The notes beneath the pieces are model-generated. The model saw only the letters and a program-made list of their open reading frames with translations, did no database searches and had not been told where the DNA came from. From an uncultured Syntrophorhabdaceae bacterium (GTDB lineage: Bacteria > Desulfobacterota > Syntrophorhabdia > Syntrophorhabdales > Syntrophorhabdaceae): a stretch of 64,000 bases of DNA. Of the stretch, positions 38,210 through 47,966 are shown piece after piece. The first letter of the stretch is position 1. The number at the start of each line of letters is the position of its first letter. The stretch is from positions 589 to 64,588 of the forward strand of contig CAZHHX010000019.1 in the NCBI GenBank assembly GCA_964532465.1, in the 5' to 3' direction. The translations under genes and the position numbers were made by a program.

Positions 38210-38456
38210 AATCGTTTACTCTAAATCTGTTGCAAAGGATATAAGAGACATAGAAACCCGCTCATTAAGGAAAATTAAGTCCGAAATCGAGAAACTTGTC
38301 CGATTTCCTGATGTCGAAAACACTAAAAAACTGACAAACCACCCCATATCTGACTTCAGAATGAAAGTAGGGAACTACAGAGTTCTTTTTGATGTGGACG
38401 ATAATACAAGAATCATATTCATCTTAAAGATAGGCCATAGAAGAGAAGTCTATTGA
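38178..38456 (+). CDS. Type II toxin-antitoxin system RelE/ParE-family toxin
   Basis: YKIVYSKSVAKDIRDI...FRMKVGNYRVLFDVDDNTRIIFILKIGHRREVY is the classic RelE/ParE C-terminal pattern. Confidence 0.85.
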   Translation: MTSSGPRPDYKIVYSKSVAKDIRDIETRSLRKIKSEIEKLVRFPDVENTKKLTNHPISDFRMKVGNYRVLFDVDDNTRIIFILKIGHRREVY

Positions 38457-38556
38457 AAATTGAACATAACGCCGTATATGAAACGGTCATCAATCTTGTC
38501 GAAGCCCGCCAGAGGCTTGAAAATGTTCCGAGGTTATTGATGCCAAAAAACATTCC

Positions 38557-39408
38557 ATGAATTTAAAGAAGACAACATATAACCGGTACAAAATCTATAC
38601 CATTGAAGGCGCGGCATTACCAATTGCAGAACCTTCCACCCTTATTGACCGGTTCCGCAACGCCCCTCCTTTAGAAAATAAAGGCAGAGGCGGCGTTACA
38701 TTGCTCGAAATAAACGGCGGGAATATAGCCTGCCGGAAGTATATTCACGGCGGATTGCTGCGGGCCATAACAGGAGATATCTTTTTCAGCGCGAAGAGGG
38801 CAGAGGAGGAATTGGAGATTCTGCAGTACCTGAAGGAAAAAGATTTTCCGGTGGTGCAGCCATACGGTCTTATTATTAGAGAGAACTTTGTCACAAAATC
38901 ATTGTACATTCTTACCGTATTTGAGGAAAAAGCAGCCGACCTCTTGGAGGTTCTGAGCGTCTCAACAGGAAAACAAAGGTTCAGAATTATAAAGATGCTC
39001 GCGCAGATTATGTGGCATATGGAGACTCTTGGCATCTATCACCCTGATCTGCATCTGAATAATGCGCTTGTAAACGCCGAAGGCACACTTAAGTTCCTCG
39101 ATTTTGACAGGGCGCGCAGAAAGTCAATAACCAAAAAAGATATGGAACAAATGTTCTGGAGGCTCAACAGATACGCGGGAAAAATGGAGAGACAGGGGAA
39201 GTTGAAGATTGATATAAAGGAAAAGATGCTATTCCTCAGAACATACCGGAAATCCTCCGGTCTTGATATGGCCAAGGCAATGAAAAATAAGGTCAAACAA
39301 AAAGGGTTCTTATCCAAAATAGGCTGGTTTTTAGAATCACTCTTCTATGGAAACAAGAGGTCAAACAACTCGAAACTCGAAACTCGAAACTCGAAACTGC
39401 AAAAATAA
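38557..39408 (+). CDS. Lipopolysaccharide kinase (Kdo/WaaP) family protein
   Basis: Kinase catalytic loop GIYHPDLHLNNALV and DFD motif (KFLDFDRA). Confidence 0.75.
   Translation: MNLKKTTYNRYKIYTIEGAALPIAEPSTLIDRFRNAPPLENKGRGGVTLLEINGGNIACRKYIHGGLLRAITGDIFFSAKRAEEELEILQYLKEKDFPVVQPYGLIIRENFVTKSLYILTVFEEKAADLLEVLSVSTGKQRFRIIKMLAQIMWHMETLGIYHPDLHLNNALVNAEGTLKFLDFDRARRKSITKKDMEQMFWRLNRYAGKMERQGKLKIDIKEKMLFLRTYRKSSGLDMAKAMKNKVKQKGFLSKIGWFLESLFYGNKRSNNSKLETRNSKLQK
39367..39398. repeat. Heptanucleotide tandem array AACTCGA x4 (+ partial unit)
   Basis: Direct reading. It lies in the last 14 codons of the LPS kinase gene and encodes the tail ending LETRNSKLQK. Confidence 0.9.
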
Positions 39409-39430
39409 AAACCAGCGGTTTTTATTTTTG
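39400..39430. terminator. Perfect 14-bp palindromic hairpin between convergent genes (possible bidirectional terminator)
   Basis: CAAAAATAAAAACC-AGC-GGTTTTTATTTTTG spans both stop codons. The stem is AT-rich, so predicted stability is modest. Confidence 0.45.
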
Positions 39431-40306
39431 TTTTCTTCCCCATCTCCTATGCACCCAAAACCACTCGTCAGGATGCTTCAGGATTATGGTCTCTAAAAAG
39501 GCATTGATTTTTCTCGTGTTCCGGTAAATAAGTTCTTCAATAGGACCTTTTCTTTCCATTTCAATAGGTTCGTTCCAGACAACTCTGTATCTCAGGAATC
39601 CTTCTCTCACAAAATACATAGGAATGACGGGCGCGCCTGTTTTCATACCTATGGCCGCGATGCCCTTTGTTGTAGGAACTTTTTCTCCGAAGAGTTCAAC
39701 AAAAACCCCGCGGGATCTCTTTTCTCTCTGATCCGCGAGAATACCGATAATTTTATTAGCCTTGAGATGTCTTATCACATCTTTTGCGCTGTCAGCATTG
39801 GGGATGATGCGAAGGCCTGTCGCGTTTCTAATTCCGTTTAAGAACTCATCGATATATTTATGCTTTTTTAGAGGACGGGCAAGGACAACAATTTCATTTG
39901 ACAGAGACGTTGACGCGACACCCATAATTTCCCAGTTGGTATAATGGAAAATAAGGACTATCACCCCTTTATTCTGCTTTACGGCATCGTCGATATAATG
40001 CCGGTTTTCCATTGTGAATCTGCTGCTGTATTCACTTTTTGGAACATATGGTATCATGAGCATTTCTACAAAATTGATACCCAGTTTTTCAAAATTCTGC
40101 TTTGCAATAACTGTCGCTTCGACGTCGTTTATGTTTTTGAAAGCTCTTTTAATATTTGATATGGCGACTTTTTTTCTGCCTTTTAAGATAATAAAAGCCA
40201 GTCTCCCGAAGGATACACCTATGGAGCGCTGCCCATGTTCCGGGAGAATTCGTATTATCTGTTGAAGAATTTTAACAATAGATATAAGGAAAAGATCTAT
40301 AAACAC
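39422..40306 (-). CDS. Lysophospholipid/lipid A biosynthesis acyltransferase (LpxL/HtrB family)
   Basis: 294 aa. The IFHYTNWE block corresponds to the HX4D/E region, and the C-terminus is HPDEWFWVHRRW. Confidence 0.8.
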   Translation of the reverse strand: MFIDLFLISIVKILQQIIRILPEHGQRSIGVSFGRLAFIILKGRKKVAISNIKRAFKNINDVEATVIAKQNFEKLGINFVEMLMIPYVPKSEYSSRFTMENRHYIDDAVKQNKGVIVLIFHYTNWEIMGVASTSLSNEIVVLARPLKKHKYIDEFLNGIRNATGLRIIPNADSAKDVIRHLKANKIIGILADQREKRSRGVFVELFGEKVPTTKGIAAIGMKTGAPVIPMYFVREGFLRYRVVWNEPIEMERKGPIEELIYRNTRKINAFLETIILKHPDEWFWVHRRWGRKQK

Positions 40307-40316
40307 ACAAATCTGC

Positions 40317-40490
40317 TTAAGCTTTAATATCTACAGCTTCATCAATAAGCATTATGGGGATATCGTCCTTAATAAGATACATAAGTTTACATGCGTCGCA
40401 TATGAGCCCGTCTTCTGACTCATTTAATCTTATATCTCCTTTGCACTTAGGGCAGCAGAGTATTTCAAGCAGATCCTTATTCATAGACAT
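40317..40490 (-). CDS. Trm112/YcaR (UPF0434) family small zinc-ribbon-like protein
   Basis: 57-aa ORF absent from the supplied track: MSMNKDLLEILCCPKCKGDIRLNESEDGLICDACKLMYLIKDDIPIMLIDEAV. RBS GGAGG. Confidence 0.8.
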   Translation of the reverse strand: MSMNKDLLEILCCPKCKGDIRLNESEDGLICDACKLMYLIKDDIPIMLIDEAVDIKA

Positions 40491-40507
40491 TGCGCCTCCT
40501 GGCTATT

Positions 40508-42220
40508 TCAGGAAATTTCACTGTTTTCCTTGTTTATCGCCGGTTCAAGTATGTCGCCAAGAGTTGAAAAAAAGTTTTCATCATTTTTGTGAGTCTCTAT
40601 TGTCTTAACTTCTTCAATCTTTTTGATAGCCTTAATGCTCAAGCCGATTCTTTTATCCTTTGCGTCAATATTCAGAATAACCGTCTTTACTTTATCATCG
40701 ATATTGAATATTTCAGATGGATGCTTTCCCTTTGCCTCATCCATCTCCGACAGATGTATGAGCCCCTCTATGCCTTCCTCAATTTCCACAAAAGCACCGA
40801 AGTCTGTTATGCTTGTCACATAGCCTTCAACTATTTCTCCGACCTGATACCTTGACAGTATTCCTCTCCAGGGGTTTTCCTTCAATTGTTTCAGACTCAG
40901 GGAAAATTTCTTTTGTGCTTTATCAACATTAATTACAAGAGCTTCGACCATCGTCCCTTTTTTAAATGTTTCTGAAACGATCTTTTTTCTTCTCGACCAT
41001 GACACCTCGGACATATGGACTAATCCGTCAATCCCGTTGCCTATGCCTACAAACATACCGAAATCTGTGATATTTTTAACTCTCCCCTTTACTACAGAGC
41101 CCGGAGGATACTGGCCGACAAGCTCCTCCCAGGGGTCCGGCAGCAACTGTTTTAAACCGAGGGAGACCCTGCTTTTTTCTTTATCAACATCAAGGACAAC
41201 CAGATCGAGCCAGTCGCCTTTTTTAACAATCTTATTCGGGTTTTTAAGCCTCTTGTCCCAACTCATCTCGCTGATATGAAGAAGCCCTTCAATTCCCTGC
41301 TCGAGTTCAACAAAAACACCGTAATCAACAATCCCGGCAACTTTCCCTCTTACCTTTGTTCCTACGCCATACCTTTCATCAATTTTAAGCCAGGGGTCCT
41401 GCTTAAGCTGCTTTACGCTGACAGACACCCGCTCTTTCTCAACATCTACATCTATTACTTTTACCTTAATTTCATCCCCAACCCGCAAATACTCCTTTGG
41501 ATGGGTTATCCTTCCCCATGTTATCTCATTGAGATACAAAAGGCCGTCAACACCGCCCATATCTATAAAAGCGCCGTAATCGGTTATATTCCTGACAATA
41601 CCATAAACAACCTGGTCTATTTTTACATTTTTCCAGAATTCTTTCTTTTTCCTGTCCCGCTCTTCTTCCATAAACATTCTTCTTGAAACTATGACATTCA
41701 ACTTCCGCTGGTTTACTTTGATGACCTTGAATTTCAGATGCCTGCCCACAAAGGAGGAGGGATTCTTCACAGGTTTAATATCTACCTGCGATATGGGCAG
41801 AAAAGCGCTTACTCCGATATCCACCAGAAAACCGCCTTTCACTTCAGATGTAATATCTCCTTCCATGGGGGTGCCGTCTTCAGACGCTTTATTTACCCTT
41901 TCCCATATTCTGATAATATCTGCTTTCTGTTTTGAAAGCAGCAGCAGGCCAAACCCCATTTCCCTGCCTACTATCATAACCTCAACTTCGTCCCCGATAT
42001 TGAATTTATGTTCTCCGGACTTATCAATAAGTTCATCAATAGAGAGCTTTCCTTCCGATTTCAAGCCCACATCAACAATCACCGAATCAACATTTATGTT
42101 AATGATCCTGCCTTTAAGGATATTACCATCCTGCAGGCTTCTCATTGAGCTTTCATAAAGTTCCCTCATTTCTTCTGGTGTTTTTTCTTTTTGTGCTGCG
42201 GTATCACCGGTATCTACCAT
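40508..42220 (-). CDS. rpsA: 30S ribosomal protein S1
   Basis: 570 aa with six S1 repeats (recurrent G.V..I.DFGAFV motifs). Confidence 0.95.
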   Translation of the reverse strand: MVDTGDTAAQKEKTPEEMRELYESSMRSLQDGNILKGRIININVDSVIVDVGLKSEGKLSIDELIDKSGEHKFNIGDEVEVMIVGREMGFGLLLLSKQKADIIRIWERVNKASEDGTPMEGDITSEVKGGFLVDIGVSAFLPISQVDIKPVKNPSSFVGRHLKFKVIKVNQRKLNVIVSRRMFMEEERDRKKKEFWKNVKIDQVVYGIVRNITDYGAFIDMGGVDGLLYLNEITWGRITHPKEYLRVGDEIKVKVIDVDVEKERVSVSVKQLKQDPWLKIDERYGVGTKVRGKVAGIVDYGVFVELEQGIEGLLHISEMSWDKRLKNPNKIVKKGDWLDLVVLDVDKEKSRVSLGLKQLLPDPWEELVGQYPPGSVVKGRVKNITDFGMFVGIGNGIDGLVHMSEVSWSRRKKIVSETFKKGTMVEALVINVDKAQKKFSLSLKQLKENPWRGILSRYQVGEIVEGYVTSITDFGAFVEIEEGIEGLIHLSEMDEAKGKHPSEIFNIDDKVKTVILNIDAKDKRIGLSIKAIKKIEEVKTIETHKNDENFFSTLGDILEPAINKENSEIS

Positions 42221-42228
42221 GATTCCCC

Positions 42229-43050
42229 CTAAAGATTTTTTACATACCTTTCCACAATGTCTAATATGTTATCAGGGGTAGATGCACCGCCTGTTATTCC
42301 GACCTTTTTCATACCCGAAAACCATTCGGGCTTAATGTCTGTTTCCGTTTCAATGTGATACGTATTGGGTTGTATGCTTTTTGCGATGTTGTACAGTTTT
42401 GTTGTATTGGAACTGTTCTTTCCACCCACGATAAGCACAGCATCGGCAATTGACGAAAGCTGGGCAACCTCTCTCTGCCTGATCGCGGTACTCTCGCAAA
42501 TTGTGTTATATACCCTCAACTCTTCAACTCCCTCTATAAGCCCGTGAACTATATTAAAAAATGTGTCATTATCCTGTGTTGTCTGACATACCACTCCAAC
42601 CTTTTTTGCTGTTATAAGGGTTGGTTTTTGCAATACAATACCATCATTATGCAAATAACTCAATACACTTTTAACTTCAGGGTGGTCTTTATCCCCTACA
42701 ATTACTACCTTATAACCATTATTTTTAAGGAAAAGAGCCTTTTTTCTCACCCTCCTTACAAAAGGACAGGTTGCGTCTATTGATTTCAACCCCTTCAGTC
42801 TGATATCTTCTTCCTCTTCTTCCTTGATCCCGTGTGTGCGGAACACGACAGTTCCGTCCTTTATCTCGGAAACATTTTCCACGGGAATAATTCCTCTATG
42901 CTTTAAGGCTTCCACCATCTGCGGGTTATGAATAATCGGGCCTATGGTAAATATACTGCCTTGAGTTTTTTCCCTCTCCTGTAAAACCATGTCTATGGCC
43001 CGGCGTACCCCGAAACAAAAACCGGGGTGCTCTGTCTTCAAAACCTCCAT
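42229..43050 (-). CDS. ispH: 4-hydroxy-3-methylbut-2-enyl diphosphate reductase
   Basis: 273 aa. GFCFGVRRAI, ATCPFV and GGKNSSNT motifs. Confidence 0.92.
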   Translation of the reverse strand: MEVLKTEHPGFCFGVRRAIDMVLQEREKTQGSIFTIGPIIHNPQMVEALKHRGIIPVENVSEIKDGTVVFRTHGIKEEEEEDIRLKGLKSIDATCPFVRRVRKKALFLKNNGYKVVIVGDKDHPEVKSVLSYLHNDGIVLQKPTLITAKKVGVVCQTTQDNDTFFNIVHGLIEGVEELRVYNTICESTAIRQREVAQLSSIADAVLIVGGKNSSNTTKLYNIAKSIQPNTYHIETETDIKPEWFSGMKKVGITGGASTPDNILDIVERYVKNL

Positions 43051-43730
43051 CAGACCTCCGACCCATAGATAACATTCAGCACCTTGTCGGCAACACCTTG
43101 CGCGTCCAGTTTGCTTGTATCAATGTACAGGGCATGTTCCGGTATAACAAGAGGAGCAATCTCCCTTTCCGAGTCATCCCTGTCTCTCTTTTGCATTTCC
43201 TCTTTAACAACAGATTCTCCCGACTCTATACCTTTTAAAGACAACTCAATGTGTCTCCTCTTTGCTCTTTCGTCCTGATCGGCGTCAAGATAGAACTTTA
43301 AATGAGCTTCCGGAAACACTACACTGCCTGTATCTCTCCCTTCAAGGACAACACCGCCGTTTTTACCTATTTGTCTCTGTTGGACAGTAAGATATTCTCT
43401 TACGCTTCTCTCCTGAGAAAGTTTTGATGCAAGAAGGGATATTTCAGGATCGCGGATCTTTTCGGAAATATCCACCCTGTCCAGAAAAACTCTTGCCCTG
43501 TCTCCAAACTCAAACTTTATGGGAAGGTCTTTCAGAAATTGTTCCATGCCCGTATAATCACCCTGCGCATTTTGCGCGGCACACAGCGTTTTAAAGGCAT
43601 ATGCCGCTCCCCGGTACATGGCGCCGGTATCGATATATTGGTACCCCAGTGTACGCGCGACCATCCTGGCAATCGTACTTTTACCGGCACCGCTGGGACC
43701 GTCAATTGTAATAATCAGGTTTTTTTTCAT
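43050..43730 (-). CDS. cmk: Cytidylate kinase
   Basis: IITIDGPSGAGKSTIARMVA P-loop and YIDTGAMYR. Confidence 0.93.
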   Translation of the reverse strand: MKKNLIITIDGPSGAGKSTIARMVARTLGYQYIDTGAMYRGAAYAFKTLCAAQNAQGDYTGMEQFLKDLPIKFEFGDRARVFLDRVDISEKIRDPEISLLASKLSQERSVREYLTVQQRQIGKNGGVVLEGRDTGSVVFPEAHLKFYLDADQDERAKRRHIELSLKGIESGESVVKEEMQKRDRDDSEREIAPLVIPEHALYIDTSKLDAQGVADKVLNVIYGSEV

Positions 43731-43871
43731 TTACCGGGACATCTCCTTATTTTTTTATCTTTCTGTAAAAGTTTTCGAATAGGATTTTTTCAAGCCTTTT
43801 TCAACATGGTGAATAGTTCACAGGAAAGCATGTTTTATGAACTATAGGTCATACGTTGCATTTGCTATATG

Positions 43872-44945
43872 CTACAACATCCTTTTAAACGTTTTTATAA
43901 ACCTTGTATTTTCCTCCATTTTTCCGATTGATACCCTGATATAATCAGGCAGGCCGTAGGGGCCCATCCATCTTGCCAGGATTTTTTCTTCAAAGAGCCT
44001 TTTTATCAATGTTTCAGCATCCTTTCCGTACTTGAAAAGTATAAAATTCGATTCTGTCTGAACAAACTCTATGGATAGCTTCTTAAAGGCATTATAGAAA
44101 AATTGCTTGCCCTCCCTGTTGTTCTCCAGCACCTTCTCCAGATAAACGACATCCTCTATGGCCGCCTTCGCGCCTGCAAGAGCTATCGTATTAACGCTGA
44201 AGGGCTGCCGCGTTCTTTCGAGAAAGGACATGAGGGATGATTCACCGATTCCATAACCAACCCTTAAGCCTGCAAGGGCGTATGCCTTTGAAAATGTCCT
44301 TAAAATCAGGACCGGATAATCGTTGATATACGGGAAAGCATCAGGAAAATTCCTGCTTTCGGAAAACTCCGCATAAGCTTCATCAACAACTACAAGTATA
44401 TCCGGTGGCAGTTCCTGCAAAAAAGCTTTAAAGGCATCATCTTCAAAAATTGTACCGGTAGGGTTCAGGGGGTTGTTTAAGAATATCACCCGCGTCCTGT
44501 CATCAATGGCTTCTTTTATATGACCCAGGTTGACAGTCATATTTGTAATGGGAACCTTGCATGTTTCATATCCGTATATCTTTGAAGCAATAGCATAAAA
44601 GGCAAATGAGGGCTCGGAAATAATAACCTTGTTTTTCACTTCATGCTTCATTGCCTTTAACACGAGCTCTATAAGCTCGTCAGAGCCGTCTCCAAGCACA
44701 ACCTGTTCCGGTTTTACTTTGTACTTATTCGAAATTGCTGTTTTTAATTCAAATTCGCTGCCGGGATATCTGTTTATGGATGTCATTGCTTCGATCATAA
44801 CAGAAAGCGCCTTTTGTGATGGCGGAAAGGGGTTTTCATTTGAAGCCAGTTTTATCCAATCATCGTCAAGACCGTATTTCATGGCCTTCGGATAAAAAGG
44901 TATCTCCTGTATATTTTTATCAATTGAAAGTTTCATTTTGCTCAC
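43872..44945 (-). CDS. hisC: Histidinol-phosphate aminotransferase
   Basis: 357 aa. LASNENPFPPS start region and PLP-lysine context RTFSKAYALAGLRVGY. Confidence 0.9.
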   Translation of the reverse strand: MSKMKLSIDKNIQEIPFYPKAMKYGLDDDWIKLASNENPFPPSQKALSVMIEAMTSINRYPGSEFELKTAISNKYKVKPEQVVLGDGSDELIELVLKAMKHEVKNKVIISEPSFAFYAIASKIYGYETCKVPITNMTVNLGHIKEAIDDRTRVIFLNNPLNPTGTIFEDDAFKAFLQELPPDILVVVDEAYAEFSESRNFPDAFPYINDYPVLILRTFSKAYALAGLRVGYGIGESSLMSFLERTRQPFSVNTIALAGAKAAIEDVVYLEKVLENNREGKQFFYNAFKKLSIEFVQTESNFILFKYGKDAETLIKRLFEEKILARWMGPYGLPDYIRVSIGKMEENTRFIKTFKRML

Positions 44946-44968
44946 TCATTTCCTGCTTTCATTAATTT

Positions 44969-45622
44969 TTACCGCTTTAGAACTGTTTTTACAAGTTCCT
45001 CCGCATTCCTCTGCATTATATAAAAATCTTCCTCGGAAAGCCCAGCGCCTATTACTATCCTTTTAGCCCCATATTCTGTTGCCAGATCAGAGGGGCTGTG
45101 GGAATCCGTATTAAATACCAGCTTTGCGCCTGTTTTCTTTGCTGTTAATGCCACATGGCCATTTGTAAGGGAATGCCCCTTCCTGCTGCTGATTTCAAGG
45201 AGAACTCCTTTTTCCTGCGCAAATGCAGCATCTGCTTCTTTAATAAGACCGGGGTGCGCTATTATATCGGCCCCGCCTTCGATTGCCGCTCTGTTTGTCC
45301 CTTCTTCCACCGGCTCAGCAATGGTTTCTCCGTGAACAACTACATAGAATATGCCGAGCTTCCGGGCGAATTCAATCAATTCTTTAATAAGTCCTTTGGG
45401 AACATGAGTGATCTCTATTCCGGGAAGAATTGTTATGCCTTCATGATAGGTAATCTTCTCACTCAGCTTCAGTATTGAGCGGATAACCGTCTCTATATTG
45501 GTATGATCAACATGGTCGGATATTCCTATGGTTTTGTAACCTATAACTTTTGCCCTTCTCGCAAGCTCTGCAGGGAGCAGTACTCCGTCGCTTAATAATG
45601 AGTGAGTATGTAAATCTATCAT
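44969..45622 (-). CDS. PHP-domain phosphoesterase, likely histidinol-phosphatase
   Basis: MIDLHTHSLLSDG PHP motif. Function is inferred from adjacency to hisC. Confidence 0.7.
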   Translation of the reverse strand: MIDLHTHSLLSDGVLLPAELARRAKVIGYKTIGISDHVDHTNIETVIRSILKLSEKITYHEGITILPGIEITHVPKGLIKELIEFARKLGIFYVVVHGETIAEPVEEGTNRAAIEGGADIIAHPGLIKEADAAFAQEKGVLLEISSRKGHSLTNGHVALTAKKTGAKLVFNTDSHSPSDLATEYGAKRIVIGAGLSEEDFYIMQRNAEELVKTVLKR

Positions 45623-45716
45623 TTATTTTTCCTCTATTCCCTTTTTGGTATTGTCAAAAGTTCTCATCAAATTGTTTTGTTTCTTGAGCAGTTTTGTCTG
45701 CTTTTCACTTGGTCGC

Positions 45717-45900
45717 GCAACAGCATATTGAAAATGTCCATCTGCGGCGGTCTGCTGCGCCTTGCGATCCTCCAGCGTACATTAAGTACGCTTACGGCCT
45801 GCAAAGCTTGCAGCCCATCCACACCTGAACCATTTTCAATATGCTGTTGCCCACTCAACCCGGATTCACATATACGCTTATGTGAATCCGGAATAAAGAA
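45717..45900 (-). repeat. Dispersed structured repeat family 1, copy E2
   Basis: Perfect 20-bp inverted repeat (45717-45736 / 45831-45850) encloses a 94-nt GC-rich core with a GCGTAC-N5-GTACGC hairpin. An adjacent 13-bp perfect hairpin lies at 45860-45891. Confidence 0.85.
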
Positions 45901-46062
45901 AGGGGTGAATTTATTCATTTTCAATTCTATTTTTTACCTCCCCCTTATCTTATTTTGCAGAGGCTTGTCTACACACAAACTTCATATTAATTTTTCATGT
46001 AACTTTTGACAATATTCCCTTTTTTCTTTTGCAAGACAGACAAAAGAAACCGAATAACATAA

Positions 46063-46560
46063 TTACATCTTGTATTTGCCGAAATCATCGGGTGAGAGGT
46101 TTTCGAGTATCTCTTCCCACTCGTTTGCATCGGTAACTACCTTATCGCCCTTTCCGGAAAGGTCAATTTTAGCCGATTTTCTTATAACAGTTTCTTCAAC
46201 AAATATGGGCGCGCCGGTTCTTAAGGCGATTGCTATGGCATCGCTCGGTCTTGAATCAATAACAAGTCTCTTATTGTCTACATCGAGATGCAATAACGCG
46301 TAATACGTGTTGTCCTTAAGGTCATTCACCTCAATCCTGATAACCCTTACCCCAAGATTGTCGAGTATATTCTTTAAAAGGTCATGCGTCATAGGCCTTG
46401 GCGTATTTATATTTTCCAATGCCGTGGCAATGCTCGAAGCCTCAAGCAGGCCTATCCAGATAGGAAGAACATCCTTTTCCTCCACATCTTTCAGAAGCAC
46501 AATCGGAGTGTTGGTAAAGGGGTCCACAGTAATGCCTGCAACCTTCATTTCTTTTAACAT
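46063..46560 (-). CDS. Bifunctional nuclease (BFN/DUF151) family protein
   Basis: 165 aa. [25 protein letters not shown] and [11 protein letters not shown] motifs. Confidence 0.8.
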   Translation of the reverse strand: MLKEMKVAGITVDPFTNTPIVLLKDVEEKDVLPIWIGLLEASSIATALENINTPRPMTHDLLKNILDNLGVRVIRIEVNDLKDNTYYALLHLDVDNKRLVIDSRPSDAIAIALRTGAPIFVEETVIRKSAKIDLSGKGDKVVTDANEWEEILENLSPDDFGKYKM

Positions 46561-46588
46561 TCATACCTCCGCAATACAGTCACCAGGG

Positions 46589-47926
46589 TTATACGGTACT
46601 ATATTTCCTGTCACCTGCTTTTTCAAGTTCCCCTTTCAGGGAATTTGCATAACCTCTTACTATTTTCACATGCACCAGCTTTCCAACCATGTCTTCATTG
46701 CCTGCAAAATTGACAACCTTGTTCGTTCGTGTTCTTCCTGTAAGGTCTTCATTTGAATTCCTGCTCAGGCCTTCGACCAAAACCTCTACAATGCTGCCTT
46801 CGATTGTTCTGTTCTTTTTTAATGTTATTGCCTTTTGAGTTTCCTGCAAGTGCTTCAGTCTTTTTTGTGCTGTATCCCGGGGCACTTCATCCGGCAGGGT
46901 TGAGGCAGCAGTATATTTTCTCGGAGAATAAGCAAAAGAGAATAATCCGTCAAATTCAATATCTTTTATCAATTGCATGGTTTTCCCAAAGTCATCTTCA
47001 TCCTCCCCCGGAAAACCGACAATACAATCCGCCGTAACAGCAATATTTTCATATCTCTTTCGCAGGCGCCCTATCTTTTCTCTGTATTCATCGGCTGCAT
47101 AACCTCTGTTCATGAGCTTTAAAACCTTGTCTGATCCTGACTGAAAGGGCAGGTGAATCTGCTCGCATAATTTCTCAATACTTCCGAAGCAGTCAATAAG
47201 TTTGTCAGACAAATCTTTCGGGTGAGAAGTAACAAACCTGATCCTTTCAATTCCCTTTATCCTGTTTATTTCGCGCAGCAGTTCCGGAAAGGAGACATCA
47301 TCCGTTCCAATGTTGTAAGAGTTAACATTTTGTCCGAGAAGTGTCACATCTTTAATGCCGTTTTTTGCCAGTCCATCGATCTCTTTCAGAATGCCGGCAC
47401 TGTCTCTGCTTGTTTCTCTGCCTCTCACATAGGGCACAATACAATAGCTGCAAAAATTGTTGCATCCTTTCATGATAGTTATGAATTTTTTAATCCCTCC
47501 GTTCACATTTTCCGGTCTTACAAACAGGGTATTGCCGCACCCGTTTTCGGAAAATTCAAAGAATCCGGTTTTTTTTGAGGCATGTTCAACGGCTTCCTGA
47601 ACTTTATGAATATTGGAAGTACCCAGAGAAAAATCTATAAAAGGGAGTCTGTCGGAGATAGATTCTTTTTCCATCTGAGCAATACAGCCGGTCACCCCCA
47701 GAATTGTCCCTTTCGCAGCCTTAATCCTCTTCAGCCTGCCCATAAGACTATAGAACTTCTGCTCGGCTTTTTCCCGGACACAGCATGTATTCACGATAAC
47801 AATATCCGCCTCCTGAGCGTTATCAATATGCTCGTAGCCGGCAATTCGGAGAATATCTGCCATTTTTTCAGAATCATGTTCATTCATCTGACAGCCTAAT
47901 GTTTCAATATAATATTTCTCAGCCAA
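46589..47926 (-). CDS. miaB: tRNA-2-methylthio-N6-dimethylallyladenosine synthase
   Basis: YIETLGCQMNEHDSE N-terminal UPF0004 cluster, radical SAM CNNFCSYC and a C-terminal TRAM domain. Confidence 0.92.
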   Translation of the reverse strand: MAEKYYIETLGCQMNEHDSEKMADILRIAGYEHIDNAQEADIVIVNTCCVREKAEQKFYSLMGRLKRIKAAKGTILGVTGCIAQMEKESISDRLPFIDFSLGTSNIHKVQEAVEHASKKTGFFEFSENGCGNTLFVRPENVNGGIKKFITIMKGCNNFCSYCIVPYVRGRETSRDSAGILKEIDGLAKNGIKDVTLLGQNVNSYNIGTDDVSFPELLREINRIKGIERIRFVTSHPKDLSDKLIDCFGSIEKLCEQIHLPFQSGSDKVLKLMNRGYAADEYREKIGRLRKRYENIAVTADCIVGFPGEDEDDFGKTMQLIKDIEFDGLFSFAYSPRKYTAASTLPDEVPRDTAQKRLKHLQETQKAITLKKNRTIEGSIVEVLVEGLSRNSNEDLTGRTRTNKVVNFAGNEDMVGKLVHVKIVRGYANSLKGELEKAGDRKYSTV

Positions 47927-47966
47927 ACTCAGTTCCTTCGAGAATTTTACAATAACTCTTACGTTC

